Shown: in pieces, positions 1 to 8,290 of the stretch
How positions within the stretch are numbered: position 1 is the first letter of the stretch
How the letters are laid out: each line of letters opens with the position of its first letter
Origin: a candidate division WOR-3 bacterium
Lineage (GTDB): Bacteria; Hydrothermota; Hydrothermia; JBDRYB01
Direction of reading: 5' to 3'
NCBI GenBank assembly: GCA_049969615.1
Contig: JBMFOM010000049.1
Location: forward strand, 1-14,374
DNA length: 14,374 bases
The notes under the pieces: model-generated
Seen by the model: the letters and a program-made list of their open reading frames with translations, nothing else
Databases searched by the model: none
Told to the model about the DNA's origin: nothing
Translations under genes and position numbers: made by a program

Positions 1-74
1 TCTCCTTCATACCCAGAGAATAAGGCAAGTGGTCAATCAGGGGCCAGCTAGAGGCCAGCCGGGTGAAGGATCAC
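1..74 (+). repeat. Left copy of a 74-bp perfect inverted repeat (partner at 14298-14371); probably the end of a multicopy element truncated by the window edge
   Basis: Bases 1-74 (tctccttcat...gaaggatcac) are the exact reverse complement of 14298-14371. Identity stops abruptly at 75/14297. Confidence 0.97.
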
Positions 75-84
75 GAGTGTTCTA

Positions 85-110
85 AAACCCCTGAAAAGCC
101 CCGGTTCGTC
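85..110 (+). repeat. Dispersed 26-bp motif related to the arms of the 5732-5819 element
   Basis: aaacccctgaaaagccccggttcgtc matches the reverse complement of 5795-5820 (aaacccctgaaaaatcccggtttgtc) at 23/26 positions. Confidence 0.7.
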
Positions 111-168
111 CTGCGCCCCATTTCCAATTTTCTCTTGATAACCCCTATTTTGCGACAGGCTCAAATGT

Positions 169-197
169 TTGATCCTGCCCGGTGAGTAGGTTATAAT
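169..197 (+). promoter_or_regulatory. Sigma70-type promoter for the left-arm genes
   Basis: TTGATC (169-174), 17 bp, TATAAT (192-197). A Shine-Dalgarno AAGGAGG at 211-217 precedes the ATG at 223. Confidence 0.8.
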
Positions 198-222
198 ATT
201 CGGGCGGATAAAGGAGGCTTGA

Positions 223-1218
223 ATGAGCCAGAAGGCCATAACGCGCATCCTTATTGTGGTCAACCTGATACTCATAGGAATTTTGGTCGTCATACTCTGG
301 CTTCCCGGCAGGATCAAGAGGGGTCCCGAGGAGGCCAGGCTCTATTTCATGCGGGATATATCTGCTCTTCCATACTGGGTTGCCCAAGAAAAGGGCTTTT
401 TTGACTCGGTTGGCGTGAACATCAAAGCCGAAGAAGTCGTAAGGGTGGGGGATGAGATAGCCATGATCCGGAGGGGCACAGTAGTCCTCGGACTGGGTTT
501 CCCTTGGGACGCCATAATAGGCAAAGCCGACACAGGCCTTACAAATTTCAGGGTTGTCTATTCAGTGTTCGGGACGCCGGATAACCCCATCACTGCCCTC
601 ATCGCGCGAAAAGACGCCGGCATCGCTGGCATGAAAGACCTTACCGGCAAAAGGATAGGCTACTGGCAGGACACCAGGGGCGCGCTGGAGGTTCCGGCAA
701 TACTCCTTTCTCTCGGCATTGATACTATGGGCGTGAAAATGATCGCGCTCTCCGCCGGGGAAATGTCCACCGCTTTCGCTGACAACCGTTGCGAGGCCAT
801 GATCGTCTTTGAGCCTGTCAGGACCCAATACCTCGCTGACACCGACAATATTCTTGTTCTTGAGGACGGCTTTCTTGAGAAGCACCTAGCCTCCGGCGGC
901 CAACTGCCCGTCTCGGCCGTCTTCACATCCGTTCCCAATCTCAAACTCAGGCGTGAGGCTACGATCAAGACAATAAAGGCCATCAATATGGCCGTTGATT
1001 ACATAAAGGCTAACCCCGCTGACGCGGAGAAGATCGCCAGAGCAAACCTCACCATACCCGAGGACGCGAACCTGGTTCTCCCGGAGTTCAGGAAGTATGA
1101 TGAAGAGGATTACACGGTTATAGAATCCTACATGAAAAGGCTGAGCGAGATGTCGGTTATCCTCTTTGAGCCGCCGGATCTCAAGAACCTCTACCTAAGA
1201 ACCAGCGACATAAAGTAA
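223..1218 (+). CDS. ABC transporter substrate-binding protein, SsuA/NMT1/THI5-like, N-terminally membrane anchored
   Basis: 331 aa with a strong SD and a hydrophobic N-terminal helix. Family-like segments: LPYWVAQEKGFFDSVGVNI, DLTGKRIG, EPVR and AVDYIKANPADA. Confidence 0.8.
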   Translation: MSQKAITRILIVVNLILIGILVVILWLPGRIKRGPEEARLYFMRDISALPYWVAQEKGFFDSVGVNIKAEEVVRVGDEIAMIRRGTVVLGLGFPWDAIIGKADTGLTNFRVVYSVFGTPDNPITALIARKDAGIAGMKDLTGKRIGYWQDTRGALEVPAILLSLGIDTMGVKMIALSAGEMSTAFADNRCEAMIVFEPVRTQYLADTDNILVLEDGFLEKHLASGGQLPVSAVFTSVPNLKLRREATIKTIKAINMAVDYIKANPADAEKIARANLTIPEDANLVLPEFRKYDEEDYTVIESYMKRLSEMSVILFEPPDLKNLYLRTSDIK

Positions 1219-1258
1219 ATGGTTCTATCCCTCATTACTTTTTAAGGGCCCGGGAGAT

Positions 1259-2773
1259 ATGAACGATTCCCGCCGGAGGCTTCTGACAGCCATTTTGAGA
1301 CTTTCGGCTTTTTTGGCTGGGATCGTGCTTCTTGTTCTTTCTGGAGTCCCCTTCTTGTTTTTCCCGTTGGTATTTTTGGCCCTTGTCCCTCTATTGTGGC
1401 TCTGGGAGAGCGCTTCCAGCTATGGCCGCGCATTTCTCTGGGCCTTCTCGGCCGGCGTCATCTTTTATCTCTTTCACCTCCACTGGATACCAAACATGTT
1501 GACCGATGTCCCGGTTCCGAGGTGGCTACTTTGGCTGGGCATGTCCCTCTTGGTTCTGTATGAGGCCCTCTGGTGGGGCCTGGCTGGACTCGTTGCCAGG
1601 GCGTTCAGGAAGTCCCCTGCCTGGGTTATGGTTCCTGGTTTCTCCGCGTGCTGGGTGATCCTTGAATACATTCGCTGTCATATGGGCGACCTGTCTTTCG
1701 CCTGGGCGACTCTCTGGACTCCGGCGCTCGGTGATCCTCTCCTGATGCCAACGGCCGCGTTCTGGGGGCCGTTTGGCATTTCCCTCGCGCTTGCCATCAT
1801 CAATGGATTAGCTTACAGGACAATAAGGGACAAGTCCTGGCGCTCGCTCATCTGGGCTGTGGGATTTCTCATTTTCGTTCACCTGGCTGGCTTTCTGCCC
1901 AATGGGACACATAGGGTTGGAACAATGCGTGTGGCCGTTATTCAGCCGAACATACTCCTTGAAAGCTGGGGCCAAACCATTGAGGCATATACCTCCCTGG
2001 CCAAGCGGATCAAAGGCAGGGGCGTTCAACTGGTTGTCCTCCCGGAATCAGCCTTTCCCGGTCCCCTGAGATACTCTGGAAGGTCCCAGGAGCTCGCCAT
2101 GCTCCTTTCGGGCCAAGCAGATGGTGCGCCATTGGTTATGGCCTCATGGGACAAGGAAGAAAAGCGCTATTACAACACGGTTTTCCTGGTTGACAGCAAT
2201 GGCAGGCCCTTTGATCGCTATGACAAGGTCCTTCTGGTGCCCTTTGGAGAACACTACCCCTTCCAGGAGCACCTTCCGGCGTTTCTCCGCAAGATTGACA
2301 TTGGCGTCGGTGACTATTCCAGGGGTCGTGCTGTCAAACCGCTTGTCGTGGACTCGCTTTGCCTTGGGCCATATATATGCTATGAGTCTTTGTTCCCCGA
2401 TGTGGCAAGGGCACAGGTCCTCTCAGGGGCACATGTTCTCTTGAACCTTACCAATGATGGCTGGTTCGGCACATCCCTCGGCCCGACTGAGCACTTTCAC
2501 CTCGGTCGTTTCAGGGCGCCTGAGACCGGCAGGTTCATAATCAGGGCCGGCAAGACGGGGATCAGCGCGATAGTTGATCAGAGGGGCAGGGTCGTGCGCG
2601 AGGTTGGTCTATTTGAGAGGGGATTAATCGTGGAGGATGTTCCCCTTTTTCAGGGCCTCACCCCATATACCATCCTGGGAGATTGGCCCGCCATACTTTC
2701 AGCCTTGATACTGGCCCTGGCATTGGGTTATACTCTGATCGCGCAGAAGAATAAAAAGGAAGGTGATAGATGA
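1259..2773 (+). CDS. lnt: Apolipoprotein N-acyltransferase
   Basis: 504 aa with a multi-TM N-terminus and a nitrilase-fold domain. Catalytic E/K/C motifs LPESAF, YDKVLLVPFGEH and ICYES are present, plus TNDGWFG and TGISAIVD. Confidence 0.95.
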   Translation: MNDSRRRLLTAILRLSAFLAGIVLLVLSGVPFLFFPLVFLALVPLLWLWESASSYGRAFLWAFSAGVIFYLFHLHWIPNMLTDVPVPRWLLWLGMSLLVLYEALWWGLAGLVARAFRKSPAWVMVPGFSACWVILEYIRCHMGDLSFAWATLWTPALGDPLLMPTAAFWGPFGISLALAIINGLAYRTIRDKSWRSLIWAVGFLIFVHLAGFLPNGTHRVGTMRVAVIQPNILLESWGQTIEAYTSLAKRIKGRGVQLVVLPESAFPGPLRYSGRSQELAMLLSGQADGAPLVMASWDKEEKRYYNTVFLVDSNGRPFDRYDKVLLVPFGEHYPFQEHLPAFLRKIDIGVGDYSRGRAVKPLVVDSLCLGPYICYESLFPDVARAQVLSGAHVLLNLTNDGWFGTSLGPTEHFHLGRFRAPETGRFIIRAGKTGISAIVDQRGRVVREVGLFERGLIVEDVPLFQGLTPYTILGDWPAILSALILALALGYTLIAQKNKKEGDR

Positions 2774-3327
2774 GAAGCCTCTTAACCATTAGTCTGGCCT
2801 GGGTTGTTCCCCTTTTGGCCCAGGGGACCCAGCCGGTTGGGCCCTCGGATGAGATAATAGGCCCGGGCAAGGGCGAGACCATAAGGATGGCCTTTGGCGG
2901 TTATGCCGGCGGCATGTATGCTCCACGGCTCATAGATGGGTTCGGCGGCGGAGGGGGCGCGGCCATGACTATTGGTTCTTTCTGGGAACCGGCGTCCATA
3001 GCTATTACCGCTGGCGCCTATGCGGGTGCGGGGAACATGGGGGCCATGCTGGATTTCTCGGCCCGACAGAGGTTTTTCCGTTCCAGGGGCAGGGCCTTTG
3101 ATGCATACGGAGGTTTTGGTTTCGGTGTTCACATGACCCCGCAGTTCTTCTCCGAGGGATACGACATGAGCGGCATTTACGCGGGCGTTTTCCTTGATAT
3201 GGGCGCGCACAGGGAGATCACCGAGGAAGTCTCGCTATGGCTTCAGGCCGAATACGGCATAATCAACTCATCCGGAACCCCCAACTACCTCCAGGTCACA
3301 GCGGGCGTCATGATTTTTGGCAGATAA
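2770..3327 (+). CDS. Exported hypothetical protein, probable small outer-membrane beta-barrel
   Basis: 185 aa, ATGA overlap with the lnt stop and GAAGG upstream. Signal-peptide-like N-terminus, Gly/aromatic-rich alternating strands and a final strand YLQVTAGVMIF. Confidence 0.6.
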   Translation: MRSLLTISLAWVVPLLAQGTQPVGPSDEIIGPGKGETIRMAFGGYAGGMYAPRLIDGFGGGGGAAMTIGSFWEPASIAITAGAYAGAGNMGAMLDFSARQRFFRSRGRAFDAYGGFGFGVHMTPQFFSEGYDMSGIYAGVFLDMGAHREITEEVSLWLQAEYGIINSSGTPNYLQVTAGVMIFGR

Positions 3328-3380
3328 CATGATCGCTCCTTGCTCAGGGTTAGAACCGCTGATTCGCCGAAACTGAAGAC

Positions 3381-4739
3381 ATGGCCCATCTGCCCCCCTC
3401 CTCACCAGAAGCCGAAAGGAGCGTTCTCGGTTCCATGTTATCCTCGGAAGCCGCTTTTCTTGAAGGAATTGAGACGCTCACCGAGTCCGATTTCTACCTT
3501 ATGGAGCACCGGAAGATATTCCGGGCCATGCTCAGGCTATTTGAGAAGAAGACCAACGTTGATCCTGTGACCCTCGTGGATGAGCTGGAGAGGGAGGGAA
3601 CACTTGAACAGATAGGCGGCAGGGCCTATATATCCTCCCTCATGGACTCGGTAATATCCCCTTCCCTGATAGGCGAGCACTCGGCGCTTGTCCAAGAGAA
3701 ATCCGTCTACCGAAAGGTAATAGAAGTCACGGACGCCATACTCGCGGAGGCATACAAGGGCGAGCAACCCGCGGATGACCTCCTTGACTACGCTGAAAAC
3801 CGTATCTTTGAGATAAGACAGGGGCGAATAAAGAGGGAGTTCATCCATGTCGGTGATGTCGGCGAGAAGGTTTTCAAACGCCTGGAAACAATGCCATCTG
3901 ACCCGAAGGCCTTGCCCGGCGTGAGGACCGGTTTCCGGGACATAGACGAATTGACCGTGGGTTTCAGGGAGGGTAGCATGGTGGTCATAGCCTCAAGGCC
4001 ATCAGTGGGCAAAACCAGCTTCATGCTCAACATTCATTATCATTTTTCTGGCGAGGGATCGGGCGCTCCCTCGGCCATATTCACCCTTGAGACTGGCGCG
4101 GAGGAGCTGGTTATGCGCTTCCTTTCAATAGTTTCCAGGGTTGACTCCCGGAAGATCCAGACTGGCAGGCTCTCAAGGGATGACCTCGCGAAGCTGGCCG
4201 ACGCCGTATCCGCGCTCAAGAGGATGCCCATATTCCTTGATGCCACTCCAGCCATATCCCTTACCGAGATAAGGGCAAAGGCGCGCAGGATAGTCAGGGA
4301 CGAGGGGGTGAAGCTGATTTCAATTGACTACATGCAGTTGATCAGGGGCCCTAGGAGCGAGAACCGCCAGATAGAGGTTACCTTGGTTTCGCAGGGATTA
4401 AAGGCCCTCGCCAGGGAGCTGAACCTGCCCATAGTTGTTCTCTCCCAGCTGTCTCGTTCATCAGAGAGAAGGGATGACACAACCCCAAGGCTTTCGGACC
4501 TCAGGGAATCCGGTTCAATAGAGCAGGACGCGGACATAGTCATGTTCCTCCACAGGCCAGAAATATATAATCAGTCGCAGGCGGAGAAGAACACGATTGA
4601 TATTATAGTGAGCAAAAACAGAAACGGCCCCGTTGGCAAGACGAAGCTCACCTTCCTCAAAGAGTGTACCCGGTTTGAATCCTATACCGAGGAGCCGATG
4701 GTGGATTACTCGGAGTTCGGGGAGGATCTCTCATTCTGA
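3381..4739 (+). CDS. dnaB: Replicative DNA helicase DnaB (no intein)
   Basis: 452 aa. Motifs PPSSPEAERSVLG, Walker A SRPSVGKT, IDYMQLI, LSQLSR, PRLSDLRESGSIEQDAD and KNRNGP. Confidence 0.97.
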   Translation: MAHLPPSSPEAERSVLGSMLSSEAAFLEGIETLTESDFYLMEHRKIFRAMLRLFEKKTNVDPVTLVDELEREGTLEQIGGRAYISSLMDSVISPSLIGEHSALVQEKSVYRKVIEVTDAILAEAYKGEQPADDLLDYAENRIFEIRQGRIKREFIHVGDVGEKVFKRLETMPSDPKALPGVRTGFRDIDELTVGFREGSMVVIASRPSVGKTSFMLNIHYHFSGEGSGAPSAIFTLETGAEELVMRFLSIVSRVDSRKIQTGRLSRDDLAKLADAVSALKRMPIFLDATPAISLTEIRAKARRIVRDEGVKLISIDYMQLIRGPRSENRQIEVTLVSQGLKALARELNLPIVVLSQLSRSSERRDDTTPRLSDLRESGSIEQDADIVMFLHRPEIYNQSQAEKNTIDIIVSKNRNGPVGKTKLTFLKECTRFESYTEEPMVDYSEFGEDLSF

Positions 4740-4741
4740 AA

Positions 4742-5740
4742 ATGGCAAAGGTTCTCGTTGCTGGTGGCGCGGGCTACATAGGCTCGCATGTTGCCGTGCT
4801 CCTCTCAGAGAGGGGCTACGAACCCGTCATCTACGACAACATGTCCTCTGGCCATGCTTGGGCCGTCACCGGAGACCTGATTAAGGGAGATATACGCGAC
4901 AGGTTTCCCCTTTCTGTCCTCCTTGATGATACTAAGCCAGTGGCAATAATGCACTTCGCGAGCAAGATACTGGTTGGCGAGTCAATGGAGAGGCCCGAAC
5001 TATATTACTCAACCAATGTCTCCGGGAGCATTGCATTAGTTGAGCTCGCGCTTGAAAGGGGCATACCGGTCATATTCTCCTCCTCGGCCGCGGTCTATGG
5101 TACTCCTGATAGCATCCCCATCCCCGAGGACGCGGCGACGAGGCCTGAGAGCGTCTATGGCGAGACCAAGCTCGTGGTGGAGAGGGCACTCCGCTGGTAT
5201 TCGGAGCTTAGGGGCCTCCGCTATGTGTCCCTCAGATACTTCAACGCGGCTGGCGCGTCGCCATCAGCTAAGCTGGGTGAGATGCACAAGCCAGAAACTC
5301 ACCTGATACCCCTTTGTCTACACGCCCTGATGGGTCTCCGAGAGAAACTAGTTGTCTTCGGCGATGATTATCCCACTCCGGATGGCACCTGTATTAGGGA
5401 CTACATCCATGTTGACGATCTGGCAGAGGCCCATATCCTCGCGTTGGAATGGCTCCTTTCTGGCGGCGAATCAAAGGTCTATAACCTTGGATCAGAGAAA
5501 GGATACTCAAACCTTGAGGTCATAAGGACCGTCAGCAAGGTAACCGGGAGGAGTGTCCCATGGGAGATGGGGCAGAGGAGGCCCGGAGACCCACCGGTCC
5601 TCTTGGCTTCATCCGAGAGAATAAAGACCGAGCTTGGCTGGGGTCCAAGATATGGCCTTGAGGACATGATCGCGCACGCGTGGGCTTTTCTCATGGTTCA
5701 TGAGGATATGGTGAGGGAATTTTACGCGGTGAACCCCTGA
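4742..5740 (+). CDS. galE: UDP-glucose 4-epimerase
   Basis: 332 aa. GGAGYIGSH Rossmann motif, FSSSAAVYG, YGETK (YxxxK), LRYFNAAGA, DGTCIRDYIHV and RRPGDP. Confidence 0.95.
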   Translation: MAKVLVAGGAGYIGSHVAVLLSERGYEPVIYDNMSSGHAWAVTGDLIKGDIRDRFPLSVLLDDTKPVAIMHFASKILVGESMERPELYYSTNVSGSIALVELALERGIPVIFSSSAAVYGTPDSIPIPEDAATRPESVYGETKLVVERALRWYSELRGLRYVSLRYFNAAGASPSAKLGEMHKPETHLIPLCLHALMGLREKLVVFGDDYPTPDGTCIRDYIHVDDLAEAHILALEWLLSGGESKVYNLGSEKGYSNLEVIRTVSKVTGRSVPWEMGQRRPGDPPVLLASSERIKTELGWGPRYGLEDMIAHAWAFLMVHEDMVREFYAVNP

Positions 5741-5819
5741 AAAATCCGCCAAGAGGGCATTTCCTCATGATTCTCTTTTAACTATGATGAGGCTGACAAA
5801 CCGGGATTTTTCAGGGGTT
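5732..5819. repeat. 88-bp element with perfect 16-bp terminal inverted repeats between convergent galE and fabZ (MITE/REP-like, or a bidirectional terminator/stabilising hairpin)
   Basis: aacccctgaaaaatcc (5732-5747) is the reverse complement of ggatttttcaggggtt (5804-5819). Inner stem cctcat (5763-5768)/atgagg (5787-5792). The left arm supplies the galE TGA. Confidence 0.8.
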
Positions 5820-5847
5820 TCTTATATGATATAGCCTGTGGTCGCGA

Positions 5848-6282
5848 TTACCTATCCACTATTGTTGCCGTAAAAACCCCCTCACACGCTATTTCGTTAC
5901 CTACTCTCGCCACACCCTTCATTTTTATGATCCTGCCACCGAACCGTAGCAGGTCTAGCTCAAGAACGAGCACATCCCCTGGAATCACTGGTCTCCTGAA
6001 CCTCACCTCGTCTATAGCTACGAAATAGACCAGCTTGTGCTCCCTCGCTTCCGGCGGAAACTTTGAGAACAGGAGGGCACCCCCGGCCTGCGCTAGTGCC
6101 TCAACCTGCAGGACTCCTGGCATTACGGGTGCTCCGGGAAAGTGGCCCTGGAAGAAAGGCTCGTTGTATGTCACACATTTTATCGCCACTATCCTCTCCT
6201 CGCCTATCTCCGTTATCCTGTCCACCAGGAGAAACGGATACCTGTGAGGCAGGCGGTTCATTATCTCCCTGATGTCTATCAT
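5848..6282 (-). CDS. fabZ: 3-hydroxyacyl-ACP dehydratase FabZ
   Basis: 144 aa. [36 protein letters not shown] and [13 protein letters not shown] overlap with lpxC. Confidence 0.97.
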   Translation of the reverse strand: MIDIREIMNRLPHRYPFLLVDRITEIGEERIVAIKCVTYNEPFFQGHFPGAPVMPGVLQVEALAQAGGALLFSKFPPEAREHKLVYFVAIDEVRFRRPVIPGDVLVLELDLLRFGGRIIKMKGVARVGNEIACEGVFTATIVDR

Positions 6283-7097
6283 ATCCTGAGTCCTTTTTTT
6301 CTTATGAAGGCCGCGAGTCCATGGTTTGTCCTGTGTCCAGGTCTCGTGGCTTCTATGCTCATTTGTAGCCTCGCACCCACCAGGGCCAGGTCTCCCACCA
6401 TGTCCATCAGCTTGTGCCTGGCCGGTTCATCCGGAAACCTCGGCTCGTTCATGTATCCATCTCTGTTTATGACCAAAACACAATCAAGTGAACCGCCTTT
6501 TCCGAGTCCCCTCGCGAGTATCTCCTCCGCTTCTTCCCTGAATATGTATGTCCTGGCAGGGGCTATCTCTTTCAGATATATCTCTGGCGTGATCGGAAAG
6601 CAGGCCTCCTGAGCCGGTATGAACGGGTGATCATAAGTAATCCTGCAGATTATCTCAAGCCCCTCTGATGGGCAAATCCTGAACTCTGTGTCCCCGAATC
6701 TGAGTTCCATTGCCTTGTCAAGGGTTAGCCGGTCTGGTTCTCCTGGCTCCTCTACTGTGCCAGCCTCGGCTATTGCCCGCGCTATGGGAAGGGCAGAACC
6801 ATCAAAAAACGGTATCTCCGGCCCCTCAACGGCCACGGTCGCGTCGTCAATGCCCATGCCAGCCAGCGCTGAAAGAATGTGTTCCGTTGTCATCACGGTC
6901 TTGCCGCCGGATGAAATGTCAGTCCTCCTGTCGGCTGAGCTAACATTTTCAAGGATCGCGGGTATCCTGGTTCCGTCGGTTATGAACGCCACGCCTTCCC
7001 CCGGCTCTGCTGGCACTATAGTTATCCTGGCACTGGCACCTGTGTGAACCCCAACGCCCTCAAGCGTCTTCGCCCTTCTCAACGTTTTTCTGGGCAT
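6279..7097 (-). CDS. lpxC: UDP-3-O-acyl-N-acetylglucosamine deacetylase LpxC
   Basis: GVGVHTG, TTEHILSAL (Zn His), EIPFFDGSA, EIAPARTY, HKLMDMVGDL and GHRTN. ATG at 7097 is preferred over the TTG at 7103. Overlaps the lpxD 3' end by 38 nt. Confidence 0.93.
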   Translation of the reverse strand: MPRKTLRRAKTLEGVGVHTGASARITIVPAEPGEGVAFITDGTRIPAILENVSSADRRTDISSGGKTVMTTEHILSALAGMGIDDATVAVEGPEIPFFDGSALPIARAIAEAGTVEEPGEPDRLTLDKAMELRFGDTEFRICPSEGLEIICRITYDHPFIPAQEACFPITPEIYLKEIAPARTYIFREEAEEILARGLGKGGSLDCVLVINRDGYMNEPRFPDEPARHKLMDMVGDLALVGARLQMSIEATRPGHRTNHGLAAFIRKKGLRI

Positions 7098-8091
7098 CCT
7101 CAAGCTTCCTAAGCCTCTCGTATATCTCCGGCAATTTGTAGAACAGGGTCATACACTTCAGAAAGAGCGTCCTGTCCCTGGCAGGAACCCCTGATGAGTA
7201 TATGGCTTTGGCCGGAACATGCGACGATACGCCGGATTTAGCTGTTATTATCGCTCCATCTCCAACCCGGAGGTGATCCGCTATGCCGACCTGACCGGCG
7301 ATCAGAACCCCCTTCCCAACGCTTGACGAACCAGCCACACCGGCCTGCGCGGCCATCGCAGTTCCCTCTCCTATCCTGCTATTGTGCCCGACCTGCACCA
7401 GGTTGTCCAGTTTGGTTCCCCTGGCTATCCTGGTTTCGCCTATTGTTGCCCTATCTATGCATGTGCACGCGCCTATTTCGCAGTCCTCCTCTATTACCAC
7501 CCTGCCTACCTGAGGTATTCTCACGAGGCCCATTTCTGTCGGAACAAAACCGAATCCGTCAAAACCTATGACAGCGTTCGGGCCTATCCTGACCCTCGCG
7601 CCTATCTCGCACGAGTCGCCTATGTATGCTCCCGGCATTATCACGCAATCCTCGCCTATCCGGACGCCCCGGCCTATGTAACAGTTGGGGTATATCGTTG
7701 TCCTTGACCCTATGACCGCCTCTGTTGCGATATACGCGTGCGCGCCTATCCTGAGATCATTTCCCAGAAGGACATCGCTTTCCACGCACGCGTCGGGATG
7801 AATGCCGGGCTCTGGGAAATGGACATCCTGAAAAAGCGCGAGGGCTTTTGCCATAGCGAGTTTTCCGTCCAAAACACCGATTACTGCTCCCGCGTTAACT
7901 TTATCTGGTGAGAGGGTTGTTATGACGGTCCCAAAACGCTTGGTGCCTATTTCGGAAAGCCTTGACTCTTCCAGGATGAAAACCAGGTCATCTGGCCCCG
8001 CATCGTCCGGCTCTGCTACGCCTGAGACTGGCTGGTTGGGGTTTCCGCTGAGCTCTCCGTCAACAACACGCGCTATATCCTTTGCGTTCAC
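7060..8091 (-). CDS. lpxD: UDP-3-O-(3-hydroxyacyl)glucosamine N-acyltransferase LpxD
   Basis: 343 aa, GTG start. Hexapeptide repeats, IGFDGFGF, IPQVGRVVIE, CIDRAT and KLDNLVQVGHN. Confidence 0.95.
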   Translation of the reverse strand: MNAKDIARVVDGELSGNPNQPVSGVAEPDDAGPDDLVFILEESRLSEIGTKRFGTVITTLSPDKVNAGAVIGVLDGKLAMAKALALFQDVHFPEPGIHPDACVESDVLLGNDLRIGAHAYIATEAVIGSRTTIYPNCYIGRGVRIGEDCVIMPGAYIGDSCEIGARVRIGPNAVIGFDGFGFVPTEMGLVRIPQVGRVVIEEDCEIGACTCIDRATIGETRIARGTKLDNLVQVGHNSRIGEGTAMAAQAGVAGSSSVGKGVLIAGQVGIADHLRVGDGAIITAKSGVSSHVPAKAIYSSGVPARDRTLFLKCMTLFYKLPEIYERLRKLEDAQKNVEKGEDA

Positions 8092-8098
8092 TGGGAAA

Positions 8099-8127
8099 AT
8101 TATAACTCACTCCCCGCGCAGGATCAA
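8099..8127 (-). promoter_or_regulatory. Sigma70-type promoter of lpxD-lpxC-fabZ, probably giving a leaderless mRNA
   Basis: Minus strand: TTGATC (8127-8122), 17 bp, TATAAT (8104-8099), then 7 nt (tttccca) to the GTG at 8091. No SD. Confidence 0.8.
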
Positions 8128-8290
8128 TTATTTGAGTATTTGGGAAGACCGAAGGCTCTAAGTCTTTATGTTTCTCAGGGACCCCAGATTTTGCGGCAGC
8201 TGGGCTTCAGAGACAGACCGAGCAATGTTAAACGGGTTGGTCCTTTACTGCCAGTCGATCATTTTGGCTGTTCGCGCGCCAGGAACCGGT

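Noticed and set aside
1-74. Terminal repeat as a CRISPR repeat or group II intron end
   Set aside because: There are only two copies, inverted and 14 kb apart, with no spacers. No GUGYG 5' end or recognisable domain V is present.
3381-4739. Intein or inactivation in dnaB (IFTLETG instead of the usual FSLEM)
   Set aside because: Length is normal, and the catalytic Glu and other motifs are retained, so this is ordinary divergence.
8128-8290. 69-aa ORF 8140-8349 or a structured ncRNA in the lpxD-DUF4349 intergenic region
   Set aside because: The ORF has a TTG start, no recognisable motif and overlaps a real gene antisense. Only 5-bp stems (aagac/gtctt, cccag/ctggg) are present, which is expected by chance.
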